From positions 1 through 42,549 of the IMG/VR virus record IMGVR_UViG_3300045988_052165: a DNA stretch of 42,549 nucleotides. One strand, written 5' to 3'. Below, in pieces: positions 15,701-23,330 of the stretch. The notes beneath the pieces were generated by a model, which saw nothing but the letters and a program-made list of their open reading frames with translations, did not search any database and was not told where the DNA came from. Each line of letters begins with the position of its first letter. Positions within the stretch are counted from its first letter, which is position 1. The translations under genes and the position numbers were made by a program. This DNA is from a virus.

Positions 15701-18649
15701 GGTGGAGTTCTTCTCGTCCATATCCATAATGGCGTTGACAGCCCGCTGAGCGGCTGCTGCTGGGGTGCTTGCATCCTCCATTGTCATCCCGATTCTATTG
15801 GACTGAATGAGCTGACCGGCATTGGCGTTGATCTCCCGGATTTTCATCTGCATCTCCGTGATCTGGCTCTGTGCGCCGTCTCCGCCGTTCTTTTGCAGTT
15901 CGCTGATAATCCGGTGTGCGGTGGTGTTATCTTCCGCTGTCCAGTCGGTCTTTCCGATCAGATAGTTGTATTCAGCCTGAACCCTTTCCGGTGTGGAGGT
16001 GCGCTCCTGCGCCGTTGCCCTGGTATCCGCATTATGCTTAACCTCATAATCGGCAGCTTTCGGATTGCCCCCCATGGTCTGCTCATATGCGGCGCGGATA
16101 TCCGGGTCTGCACTGTTCAGCCCGGAGTTGGTGAAGGTCTTGGACTGGTTGATATCCCCCGACGGCGCGTTCTGCGCCCCCAGTGTGCTGCCCTGTCCGC
16201 CCTCCGTGGACTGCCCGGAACTGTCCGCCACCTGTGGGCTGCCCTTCCCCATCAGGGAATCTCGGGCGGTGTTGTCCTTTACGGCATAAGTCGGCGTTCC
16301 CCGCTGCTTTTGGGCTTCCTGTAATTTGTCGCTTACGCGAAGCTCTCCAGGAACTCGTAGGTCATTTTGAGAATTGCCGCCTCCGGATTCTCCTTGTACG
16401 CCTCCCGGAACCACGTTGGTTCCGTTTTCCACGCTTCCGGGTGCTCGTCCATCCAATGGCAGCTTTCCGTCTGCCACTCCACCAATCCGCCCGGTCTCAG
16501 TTCCTCCGGGTAGTCCCGTTCCAGAAGTTTCCGATAATCCACTTTCTGTTCCTGCATTCTCAATACCTCCCTGTATCGGATTCCCGTTAATAGCATTATA
16601 ATTCCCGCCAGTGCCGGTGTCAACGCCCAGAACCTGGTCAATGGCATTTTGTACCGCCTGACGCTTCGGCGAAACCTCCGGCGTTTCCTGCCTTGCAGGC
16701 GCTCTTTCCGCCAGCTCCTGCCCCATGTCCTCGATCAGGCTCTGCGCCCCCTCCCGGTTCAGGGTGGTGGGGGCGGTGTCCCCGGCCAGCTGCCGGACGG
16801 CTGCCTTCACCGCGTTCCGCTTCTCCGACGCCGTAGCCATTTGAGACAGGTCAAGCCCCGTCTGCCGGGAAAGCTGCTCCATGGCCGCCGGGTCGGCAAG
16901 AATCTTCTCCACGGTCTTGTTGCTCACGTTCCCCGTTTCCGCCAGCTTGTCCAGTGCATTTGTGAGCGCATTCCCGGCCTGCGGCGTCCCTGCCGCCTCC
17001 ACATCAGGGCTTTGCACTTTCGTGGTGTCAATGGACGTTTCCGGCAAAGCCCCCGCCTGTGGGCTTCCTGCGGCTTCCTGCGTATCCGTAGCCGCTCCCC
17101 CGGGATTGCTCAGCCGGTTCATAACCGCGTTGTAGCCGGTAGCCACGCCGCCGGAAATGCCGCCGGACAGACCGGAAACGAGAGCCGTGTTCACTGCCTC
17201 GTTCCAGACGTCCTTGTTCGCCTGTGCCTTGGCTTCCTCGTAGCTCATGCCGTTTGCCACCAGCTCGCCGATGGTCTGGTCGTATTCGCTTTTCCCTTGC
17301 AGGATCGCCGCCTCCGCGATAAGGCCGCCGATGTAGCTGGCCTCTTCCTCGCTGATCTCCACCCCGGCCTGACCGAAGGTGTTCAGCAGAACCTTCCTCA
17401 GATTGCTGCCGCCCTTTGCCTTCGCCACACCCAGCAGAGAATCCAGCGATACCTTTTCCGTCAGCACTTCCAGACCGGCGTTGGCCGTGGCCATGAGATA
17501 CGCTTGTTCCGGTGTGGCGCCCTTCTGGGACGCCTCGCTCAGGGTGCTTGAGAAGGAACTCGCCGCCACCAGTGCCAGCGACCCCGACCCGAACGCCGCC
17601 GCCCTTGCCACCGAATCCGCAGCGGACATTCCCGCCTCGTAGACCTTGGACAGACCGGCTCTTACCTTGTTGTTTTTGTCTCCGGCAATGTTCTCCGCCA
17701 CTGCCCCGCGCAGCCCCCCGCCGTACACCTGCGCCATATCCCCGGCAGTGTACGGGTCGAGGGTGTGGAACTGCCCGGTTCTGGTGAGCAGCTCCCGGAT
17801 TCTGCTTGCCGTCGCCCCCAACCCGCCGAAGGCGTTTGTCGCCACAGAGGTCGCGCTTCCCAGAATCGCCCCGGGAACCGTCTCCACGTCCTTCTGCGCC
17901 TGAGCGGTCAGTTCCTCCGCCTTTTTGCTGCGGTAATACCGCCCGTAGGCTTCGGCCAGCTTCTTGAAGTTGTCCTTTCCGTACTTGGCCTCCAGCGGCG
18001 CCGCCACTTCCTTCATCTGCCCGAAGTCATAGAACGTGGCAACATCCCTGTCCGCGCTCACCGCCGCGTCTCCGTCCTGGAGTTTCGTGTACAGAATAAA
18101 GGCTTCCTCATCCTTCGGGTCGATCTGCGCCAGATTCCGTTCCAGCGTCCTGCGGTCGTCCTCCTTCACGGAAAGATTCTTGTAATAGTCCCGCTTGGCT
18201 TTCAGCTCCTTCGCCCTGTCATCCTCCAGCTGGGGCAAACTTGTGGGGGATTCCGAGGCGGAGAAGTTTTCCGCGATTATATTTTCCTGCTTCTTCCGGT
18301 ATTCCGGCGACTTCACATAATCGTCGTATGCCTTCTGGGCAAGGGTCGCCTCCCGCAGATACGGCGCAACATTGTCCGCCGCCTGTTTGGCAAGATCGAT
18401 TCCCTGCCCGCCGATGATGGAATTGAACCGGGCAAACGTGCGCCCGGTGGACGCGCCCTGTTCCCGGGCTTTCTGCTGCTTCTGGGCAATCCTGGACGAA
18501 AGCTCCGACTGGTATCTTTTCTGGGCAGTATCCCGCAGCGTATTTACAGCCTGCTGGGAGACTTCTGCGTCGGCGCCGGAATAAGTGCCTCCGGCATCTT
18601 CGTGCATTTTCAGGAACTCGTCCTGAATCTTTTCCCGCTTTCCTGCCAT
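12761..18649 (-). CDS. Giant virion-associated (internal/ejection-type) protein, 1962 aa
   Basis: A single open frame with SD TAAGGAGGAGctATG, last in the tail/ejection block. It has coiled-coil and Ala/Gly-rich segments, a hydrophobic stretch (VTGTVMIAAFAAAAARGII), and a central low-complexity linker. I recognise no enzymatic motif. Confidence 0.8.
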   Translation of the reverse strand: MAGKREKIQDEFLKMHEDAGGTYSGADAEVSQQAVNTLRDTAQKRYQSELSSRIAQKQQKAREQGASTGRTFARFNSIIGGQGIDLAKQAADNVAPYLREATLAQKAYDDYVKSPEYRKKQENIIAENFSASESPTSLPQLEDDRAKELKAKRDYYKNLSVKEDDRRTLERNLAQIDPKDEEAFILYTKLQDGDAAVSADRDVATFYDFGQMKEVAAPLEAKYGKDNFKKLAEAYGRYYRSKKAEELTAQAQKDVETVPGAILGSATSVATNAFGGLGATASRIRELLTRTGQFHTLDPYTAGDMAQVYGGGLRGAVAENIAGDKNNKVRAGLSKVYEAGMSAADSVARAAAFGSGSLALVAASSFSSTLSEASQKGATPEQAYLMATANAGLEVLTEKVSLDSLLGVAKAKGGSNLRKVLLNTFGQAGVEISEEEASYIGGLIAEAAILQGKSEYDQTIGELVANGMSYEEAKAQANKDVWNEAVNTALVSGLSGGISGGVATGYNAVMNRLSNPGGAATDTQEAAGSPQAGALPETSIDTTKVQSPDVEAAGTPQAGNALTNALDKLAETGNVSNKTVEKILADPAAMEQLSRQTGLDLSQMATASEKRNAVKAAVRQLAGDTAPTTLNREGAQSLIEDMGQELAERAPARQETPEVSPKRQAVQNAIDQVLGVDTGTGGNYNAINGNPIQGGIENAGTESGLSETSGTGLPGGTETGRIGGVADGKLPLDGRAPGSVENGTNVVPGGVQGESGGGNSQNDLRVPGELRVSDKLQEAQKQRGTPTYAVKDNTARDSLMGKGSPQVADSSGQSTEGGQGSTLGAQNAPSGDINQSKTFTNSGLNSADPDIRAAYEQTMGGNPKAADYEVKHNADTRATAQERTSTPERVQAEYNYLIGKTDWTAEDNTTAHRIISELQKNGGDGAQSQITEMQMKIREINANAGQLIQSNRIGMTMEDASTPAAAAQRAVNAIMDMDEKNSTFRQKKGGQTYKQWQKATADNLNRIGMEIERVKDGDSAGMRDIIRQIARSRKTTAWFGTSQNLTKAAETVLGTLDFDDLKVVASTQLAAMPDDFRARTKTEVAMAVRKSHMLASLKTTIRNLSGNASAGFLDAMSDSGAGQLMDSMLSKITGKRTVGNDLTKVGAYAKGATNAAKFAALCVELDIPVETDSLSSFSSAVGGKSGGKYMGKTFRPDGNVAMRAMYAFQKYMGYDLDVSDKIFEGGTNKAVSESLTNIKNSNLTDEEVQQLSEYTANRRTFKDATWIDDNGKRHGSTLSRGAVGIKNAVSSIGAPAEIAADVVLPFASVPANVAQTGIDYTVGIAKGTGEIISIIKDAKAGKNIDVVRQRQAVSDFGRGVTGTVMIAAFAAAAARGIIKVNSPKDKDEKALIQAEGRNGAQFNWSAFQRSLSGESDGWQDGDIITSFDFLEPFNTQLYLGYELAQGDSVLEALAKYPDASVQSVLNSFMDTPMMSGLVDITELVDNLTSAETAGERADAFAGYAGDTASSFIPQYLRQAAQVADGYYRDTRGDTSAEYAMNNILAAIPGLSQTLPKKISGLGEEQQRGGFLETFADPTYTKQYRKNEVTGYLEDLKDKTGDSSFFPDRQAPMDIRVDGETVALDGGARETYQKTYGNLVNDYYRALIDSNVFERFAPEQKAAALNKAKSYAVEHAKSEVSGYTTDKPKIAAEVRDEILNGVVKTEFSNAFTSMDTSALDKAYGLYQSLPFSQRENFKRDNSGRVGYYITAKEKGVSGKMFTSLYGTYKKLDGDEVMTDQQKAQEWSRTLAKAYEDGKITKAAHDALKEEMAIWQNFPVDTVKFDAMTESGLSSDVADRIIKGLADLQGTGSVDKNTGENRVTDRDKWGYIAALDGLSDKEKDRVMLLYMPDYNPDSGKPDKTELKYAYLRSKGYSAEQFTQTYSVTQEFTKKADMIAAWVALGYSSEEAQMFYRLYKAGKIV
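16333..16557 (-). CDS. Nested 74-aa ORF in the +1 frame of the giant gene (candidate overlapping gene)
   Basis: AGGGAGGT + 7 nt + ATG at 16557, with TAA at 16333-35. The product is MQEQKVDYRKLLERDYPEELRPGGLVEWQTESCHWMDEHPEAWKTEPTWFREAYKENPEAAILKMTYEFLESFA. Third-position G/C is 54/74 in this frame versus 27/74 in the giant frame (hand count). Confidence 0.55.
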   Translation of the reverse strand: MQEQKVDYRKLLERDYPEELRPGGLVEWQTESCHWMDEHPEAWKTEPTWFREAYKENPEAAILKMTYEFLESFA

Positions 18650-18658
18650 AGCTCCTCC

Positions 18659-19576
18659 TTAAAGGCCGTTCCTTGCTTTCAGCTGTCTGTACTGGTTCGC
18701 GGTGATGTACCCGGCCGATTTGGCCTTTGCGATGTACCCGGCCACATCTCCGCCGTTCTTGGCAAGCTTTGTTGCGCTCCTGTCCACGTCAGCAAAAGTG
18801 ATTCCCCCTGTGGCCGCGCCGCCATCACCATGCAGCTGTGCCAGCAGTTCCTCCGCAGTAAGTTTTGAATCCGTCCCGCCGCCACCGCCTCCGCTGCGCC
18901 TGCGGTAGTATCCACCGCCGCCACCGCCGCCAGCACCGCCGCCGGACTGCCCCGTCAGCAGCGCCAGCTGCTCGTCCGTCAGGCCGTATAGCTTTGCCAG
19001 GATGGAGTAGTCTCCCACCCCCGCCATCAGGTTCCCGGCCTCCTTCTGCATCTGCATCAGCTGGTCTTCGTCCGCCTTGGCGGCGTTGTACAGCGCCTGT
19101 GCCCGCTGGTAGTCGTTGTCCGCCTGGGCTTTGGCAATGGCGGCGGAATACTCCTTGGCAAGCAGATTCCGCTGCCGCTCGAACTGGGCGTCGGAATCCG
19201 TCTGCGCCGCTCTCAGGGCGGTCAAATCCGCCTGCAGCTGATTGTCCTGGGCGAGCCTCGCCTGTGCCATGGCGCCGCTGGACAGGCCGTAAGCGTTCTG
19301 TACCTCCCCGTAGTTCTTCGCCGCCTTGGCGGCTTCCACGTAGGTTCTGTTCAGGTTCGCGTCCGTGGCCTTGCGCTGCTTCTCCGCGCTGGCCGCAATG
19401 TCCGATACCCCGGTGTCGTAATTCTGGGTCAGGGTCTGCTTCTGGCTTTCCAGACTGCCGTCGTACATCTTGTTGATATACGCCGCGTCCTTGGGCTTGT
19501 TGCCCAGGCTGTCGTACCACGACCCCCCGGCGGTTCCCGCGCCCTGGGTCACGTTCTCGATTTTCTTTTCCTCCAT
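18659..19576 (-). CDS. Internal virion/ejection-type protein with coiled coil and poly-Gly tract
   Basis: 305 aa with SD GAAAGGAGAaatcacATG. It has Q/A-rich coiled-coil segments and GGGAGGGGGGGYYRRRSGGGGGG. It lies directly upstream of the giant gene. Confidence 0.65.
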   Translation of the reverse strand: MEEKKIENVTQGAGTAGGSWYDSLGNKPKDAAYINKMYDGSLESQKQTLTQNYDTGVSDIAASAEKQRKATDANLNRTYVEAAKAAKNYGEVQNAYGLSSGAMAQARLAQDNQLQADLTALRAAQTDSDAQFERQRNLLAKEYSAAIAKAQADNDYQRAQALYNAAKADEDQLMQMQKEAGNLMAGVGDYSILAKLYGLTDEQLALLTGQSGGGAGGGGGGGYYRRRSGGGGGGTDSKLTAEELLAQLHGDGGAATGGITFADVDRSATKLAKNGGDVAGYIAKAKSAGYITANQYRQLKARNGL

Positions 19577-19591
19577 GTGATTTCTCCTTTC

Positions 19592-20020
19592 TCAAAACAG
19601 CCCGTAGGGCGTGGAAATCGGCTCAAATTCCCCCGGGAGCTTCCCTTTCAGGTCTTGCAGCGCCTCCCGGTACCGCTGTAAGAACCACGCCGCCAGATCT
19701 TCATTTTCCCCGCTGAGCAGCTGCGCCGCCAGAAAATAGGGCAGCAGCGCAAGGCACAGCGTGTCGTCCAGGGGGATGACCTGGGTAAAATCCGGATTCT
19801 TGTAATCCTCCGCCGCCAGAATCCCGGGAAACGGCCGCCCCGTCCCTTCCGTGGAATACGTCCCGGAATAGGGATACAGCGCCGGGATGGCGGTGTTCAG
19901 AATGGAGATCGTGCGGAACCGGTATTCGTCCGTGTCAACGGTCTGGGTTCCGCCGTTGGATTCATTCTGCTCGTCCATCAGATGGATGGCCGTGTCAAAA
20001 ACCTGTTGTACCGTTACCAT
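19592..20020 (-). CDS. Putative head-tail adaptor/connector-type protein
   Basis: 142 aa from ATG 20020 (TAAGGAGGAacacATG). Its N-terminus VQQVFDTAIHLMDEQ..EYRFRTISILNTAIPALYPYS resembles gp6-like connector proteins. The assignment is tentative. Confidence 0.5.
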   Translation of the reverse strand: MVTVQQVFDTAIHLMDEQNESNGGTQTVDTDEYRFRTISILNTAIPALYPYSGTYSTEGTGRPFPGILAAEDYKNPDFTQVIPLDDTLCLALLPYFLAAQLLSGENEDLAAWFLQRYREALQDLKGKLPGEFEPISTPYGLF

Positions 20021-20030
20021 GTGTTCCTCC

Positions 20031-21914
20031 TTATTTTGCCATGGACGCAAAGCGCACCTTCTGGTCGTAGCCCAGTACCGTGGCCAGCGCCCCGTCCGTG
20101 TTCACCTTGAAAATCAGCTTGTAGTAGACGAATTTCTTCACCTTCAGCCGGATGCGGTTGATCTGTGGGGTGTCGTTCAGGTCGAAGGTGAAGTCCGCGA
20201 AGTCCCAGTTGCTCCAGGAAAACAGCTCGTTTCTCACTTCCTTCTCCATGTACTCGCTGCGCCTGTCCGTCGCCGCCGTGATGGTCATCCTGGACTTGTT
20301 CTGGGGCAGCAGGGAGACGTAAATCTCGCTGGAATACTTCCGCTGGAAGTCTGCCCCGAAGGCCTGAAATCCGGATTCCCATACCGCCTCGATGGCCGTG
20401 GCATCCCCGGAGGCCGTCCCCGGCGCGTCCCGGGAAAGCCCCTCCTGGGAGAAGAAGAACATGTCCGTGTCCGTGAAGAAGACCATTTCCCCGTCATGCA
20501 CCATGGCGTTTTTCACGCTCTTGCAGAGGCCGGACTTGTAAATGCACCATAGACCCCCGTCCCCCGCCAGGGCGTACCGGTTCACCAGCACCGTGCCGTC
20601 GTCGTCGTTCAGGAACACATAGTAGGTCTTGCTGTAGTTATCGTCGCAGGTCACGATTCCCGCGCTGTCCGCCCGGTTCAGGGAGTTCATCACCCTGTCG
20701 GAGACCCGCTTGGCGTACCGCTCGTCCTTGTAGTAACTGGAGGTAATGCGCCATTCGTAGATTCCGTTCTTGCTGAATGTCCGGGGGAAATTCTCCACGG
20801 TCTGAATCTGCCCCAGCACGTCGTTTCCAAACTCCCGGTTTGCCGCCCGGAGGTAGAAGCCCGCAATGGTGCTGCCGTCCGTCAGGGTCACCGGCTCGTA
20901 GCTGATGGTGAATGCGCCGTCTGGCTTGAATACCAAGAGCTTTGAGTAGTGCCGCACAAGCCCCGTCACCGGGGAGCCGGACATGTCCACCGCCACCTCG
21001 TTCATGGCGGGGAAATACAGCGCCGTCACCTCTCCCGACTGGGGAACCCCGGTGTAGTAACACAGATTCGTCCCGTCCCCGGCAACGAACAGCCTTGTGT
21101 CCGTGGCACCGTTGTATGCCTCCGCCAGAGGACACCCCAGAATCTTCAGCCGGTTCTCCGCCGCCTTAACCGCATCCGTGGTGTAGGTAAATTCCACATT
21201 GGCAACTCCCTTGATGGGAGCGGCGGTAAAGGTATAGGTGTGCTTCGATAAATCAAAGCTGCCGCTGGCCGCCACGTCCTTCGACACATTGTCCACGGTG
21301 ATGGCCGTCACCCCGATGGCCTCCTCCGGCAATACGTAGGCCGTGGCCTCCCCGTCGGCGCTGTATTCAATCCGCCGCAGCGCCGTAAGAAGATTCAGGT
21401 TTTCCAGCGTGGTGCCCCCTCCGGCAGGCGCCGCCCCGGTGACCACCAGGGGCACATATGGCGCTTCTGCCGTAAACGTGCCGTCTTTGTATACCACCGT
21501 GTTTCCCTTGCTCATGACGTACAGCTTCCCCCCGAAGGGGAAAATCTTCACCATGGCGTTCTCCCCGGAGGTCAGCCCCAGCGCCCCGGTCTGCTGGTGA
21601 AGGATATGCCGGTTTCCGTCCGCCCCTCTCCGGTACACAAAAAGCCTGTCCGCGTTTTGATAAAAGTCGCAGATTACCAGAAGGTCGTCCTCTCCAACCC
21701 GCCCCGCCCAGCTTCCCAGAATGGGGGCGGGGGTTCGCTCGGCGGCGAAGTCCGCCCGCTGGATTCCCGGTCGAAGGGTCAAATTGTAGGCGTCGGTAAT
21801 GAGAAAGTTCTCCATTTTGGAAGCCTCCCCCATTTTCAGCTCCGTGTCCCCGTCCGCCGCCTCGTTGATGCCCAAAAATTTGTCAACGGTGTAAATTTTC
21901 GTTCCCCGCTGCAT
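20031..21914 (-). CDS. Putative tail tubular/nozzle-type structural protein
   Basis: 627 aa with strong SD (GAAAGGAGGAagacaATG) and beta-rich composition. Its position before the adaptor-like and ejection-type genes recalls podovirus tail tubular protein B. The function is inferred only. Confidence 0.55.
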   Translation of the reverse strand: MQRGTKIYTVDKFLGINEAADGDTELKMGEASKMENFLITDAYNLTLRPGIQRADFAAERTPAPILGSWAGRVGEDDLLVICDFYQNADRLFVYRRGADGNRHILHQQTGALGLTSGENAMVKIFPFGGKLYVMSKGNTVVYKDGTFTAEAPYVPLVVTGAAPAGGGTTLENLNLLTALRRIEYSADGEATAYVLPEEAIGVTAITVDNVSKDVAASGSFDLSKHTYTFTAAPIKGVANVEFTYTTDAVKAAENRLKILGCPLAEAYNGATDTRLFVAGDGTNLCYYTGVPQSGEVTALYFPAMNEVAVDMSGSPVTGLVRHYSKLLVFKPDGAFTISYEPVTLTDGSTIAGFYLRAANREFGNDVLGQIQTVENFPRTFSKNGIYEWRITSSYYKDERYAKRVSDRVMNSLNRADSAGIVTCDDNYSKTYYVFLNDDDGTVLVNRYALAGDGGLWCIYKSGLCKSVKNAMVHDGEMVFFTDTDMFFFSQEGLSRDAPGTASGDATAIEAVWESGFQAFGADFQRKYSSEIYVSLLPQNKSRMTITAATDRRSEYMEKEVRNELFSWSNWDFADFTFDLNDTPQINRIRLKVKKFVYYKLIFKVNTDGALATVLGYDQKVRFASMAK

Positions 21915-22368
21915 TGTCTTCCTCCTTTCTGTATTCGTAAATGTAGATTTCCGCCCGTGGGTGCTCCTTGTCGTAGAACACCCGGCTGCCGTCCCGGTTC
22001 CGGATAATGGAAATATTGTCGTCCTTCAATATCCCCTCCCGGGTGAGGATATCGTCCAGGGAAGCATACAGGTTCAGGTCGTCCACCCGCCTGCGGGTCT
22101 GCATATACAGCCGGTAGACAATATGCACCTCTCCGGATATGGGAATTTTCGGCTTTCCCCGAAGATACCGCCCAGCCATGGCGGAATACTCCGTGTTGGC
22201 GTGCCCCTGCCGGATGTACTGCTTTGCCCGTTTCCCGCATACCGGACACCTCGCCCCGGTTCCCGCAATCATCTGGGAATTTTTCTTTGTCCTCGGGTCA
22301 AGCGGAATCACATAGCTTGCCAAAAGCTTCAGTCTTGTCACCCCCTTTAAGCAAATGAGCCGAAGCAA
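21883..22368 (-). CDS. rusA: RusA-family Holliday junction resolvase (copy 2, with CxxC insert); start uncertain
   Basis: IPLDPRTKKNSQ..CPVCGK..HIVYRLYMQTRRRVDDLNLYASLDDILTREGILKDDNISII parallels the E. coli RusA RRRDLDNLxKxxxDALTxAGxxxDD core. The track start is a TTG inside a terminator hairpin, so the true start is probably further downstream. Confidence 0.6.
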   Translation of the reverse strand: MLRLICLKGVTRLKLLASYVIPLDPRTKKNSQMIAGTGARCPVCGKRAKQYIRQGHANTEYSAMAGRYLRGKPKIPISGEVHIVYRLYMQTRRRVDDLNLYASLDDILTREGILKDDNISIIRNRDGSRVFYDKEHPRAEIYIYEYRKEEDNAAGNENLHR

Positions 22369-22388
22369 CCATAACGGTGCTTCGGCTC
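22345..22388 (-). terminator. Rho-independent terminator-like hairpin at the early/late boundary
   Basis: On the minus strand, GAGCCGAAGCACC-gttat-GGTtGCTTCGGCTC (13 bp, one bulge) is followed by ATTTGCTT. Confidence 0.5.
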
Positions 22389-22443
22389 AAGGCTCTGAAA
22401 AGTTTTCTTATACCGTAATAATAGCAAAGATTCCCACAAAAAT

Positions 22444-22620
22444 CTAGCACCATTTCCGGGGTTTTCTCCGCTCCTTCTTCTTTACGGTGCAATCCTTCCC
22501 AGGCGGGCAAGGCCGCTTTTCCCCATGGACGAATATGTAATTGCAGCACCGGCTGCCTTCGTAATATCCGAAGAAATATCGGCACCCAACGCAATACTTC
22601 CTACCGTCCTTGTACTCCAT
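22444..22620 (-). CDS. Small Cys-rich hypothetical protein
   Basis: 58 aa from ATG 22620 (AGGGGGcaacATG): MEYKDGRKYCVGCRYFFGYYEGSRCCNYIFVHGEKRPCPPGKDCTVKKKERRKPRKWC. Confidence 0.5.
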   Translation of the reverse strand: MEYKDGRKYCVGCRYFFGYYEGSRCCNYIFVHGEKRPCPPGKDCTVKKKERRKPRKWC

Positions 22621-22628
22621 GTTGCCCC

Positions 22629-23330
22629 CTAGAGAACAGGCAGGTTCCCAATCCCGCCGAGCATCCCGGTTTCTTGGCATATCATAAGCAACTTTGTCTG
22701 CGCCGTCATCCGAATTTCAGCCGGTGCCCGTTCCGCTGCCGTGTGCAAGACGGAAATACACTCAATCCCCTTTCCCTTGTCCACAGACAGCACATAGGAC
22801 GTCGCAGATACCGCAGAAGCGAACCACTCCGGAACGTTGCCGTATGCGTGTTTTGCAAGCATCCTTTGGAGAATCTTTTCCGGGTCAGATTCTTCCTGCT
22901 CTACTGTGGGGATCTCCCATTCCCCGGACTTGGCGACCTCTTTCACTGTTTCGGTCAATTTTTTTGCAAGCATCTCGCGTGCAGTCTTCATGAGCAACGC
23001 ATCATCAAATTTGAAATCCTGTACGGTTTTCAACCACCTTTCTTCTTGATTCAACGGTGCCGAATTGGTATGTGCTTGCCCGTAACTGCAAAAATCGGTT
23101 TCTAAATGCCCTCCGTGCCAAATCTCACACCCGCCGTACCGTTCTAATGGGTCTCCAATTTTTCTGGCGGCCTTGCTCCCATACGGTTTCCAGTTCTTGC
23201 AATCCCGGCACCTTACCACGGGGACGGCATCAACGGTGGGGGCATTCCGGATTATCTCCTTTGCTATAATATCTTCGTCGGAAACATCAAATTGGAGTTC
23301 CAATTCCTCTGCATCAATTAAGCGTGGCAT
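22629..23330 (-). CDS. Hypothetical protein (N-terminal 'APTVDAVPVVRCRDCKNW' module)
   Basis: 233 aa. The N-terminal motif is shared in type with 25002..25313 (PAADVEPVRSGKW). Confidence 0.6.
   Translation of the reverse strand: MPRLIDAEELELQFDVSDEDIIAKEIIRNAPTVDAVPVVRCRDCKNWKPYGSKAARKIGDPLERYGGCEIWHGGHLETDFCSYGQAHTNSAPLNQEERWLKTVQDFKFDDALLMKTAREMLAKKLTETVKEVAKSGEWEIPTVEQEESDPEKILQRMLAKHAYGNVPEWFASAVSATSYVLSVDKGKGIECISVLHTAAERAPAEIRMTAQTKLLMICQETGMLGGIGNLPVL

Noticed and set aside
16558-16650. A prfB-style programmed +1 frameshift from the giant frame into the nested frame, stimulated by the AGGGAGG sequence.
   Set aside because: I see no slippery or hungry-codon site such as CUU-UGA at the right distance from the SD-like element. 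It is kept only as a minor alternative within the nested-gene finding.
3937-18868. Many long plus-strand ORFs antisense to the portal, capsid, terminase and giant genes (for example 3937..5394, 5833..7047, 8007..9149, 13241..14362, 14447..15226, 15374..16324, 16649..17551, 17765..18868; also 29140..30060 and 30742..31809).
   Set aside because: Their products are R/G/H/L/P-rich low-complexity sequences. They have no SD and no recognisable motifs, and each mirrors a well-supported minus-strand gene. These are typical shadow ORFs of GC-rich coding DNA.
18880-18950. The GGN-rich repeat DNA (ccgccaccgcc...) as a regulatory or slippage element.
   Set aside because: It simply encodes the poly-Gly tract of the 305-aa internal protein, and there is no evidence of length heterogeneity in a single sequence.
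6134-21135. Same-strand off-frame ORFs inside real genes (5198..5482, 6134..6643, 14944..15216, 18825..19595, 20014..20382, 20638..21135).
   Set aside because: They are Arg/Pro/Gly-rich junk translations with no SD. Unlike the nested ORF at 16333..16557, they show no better codon usage than the host frame.
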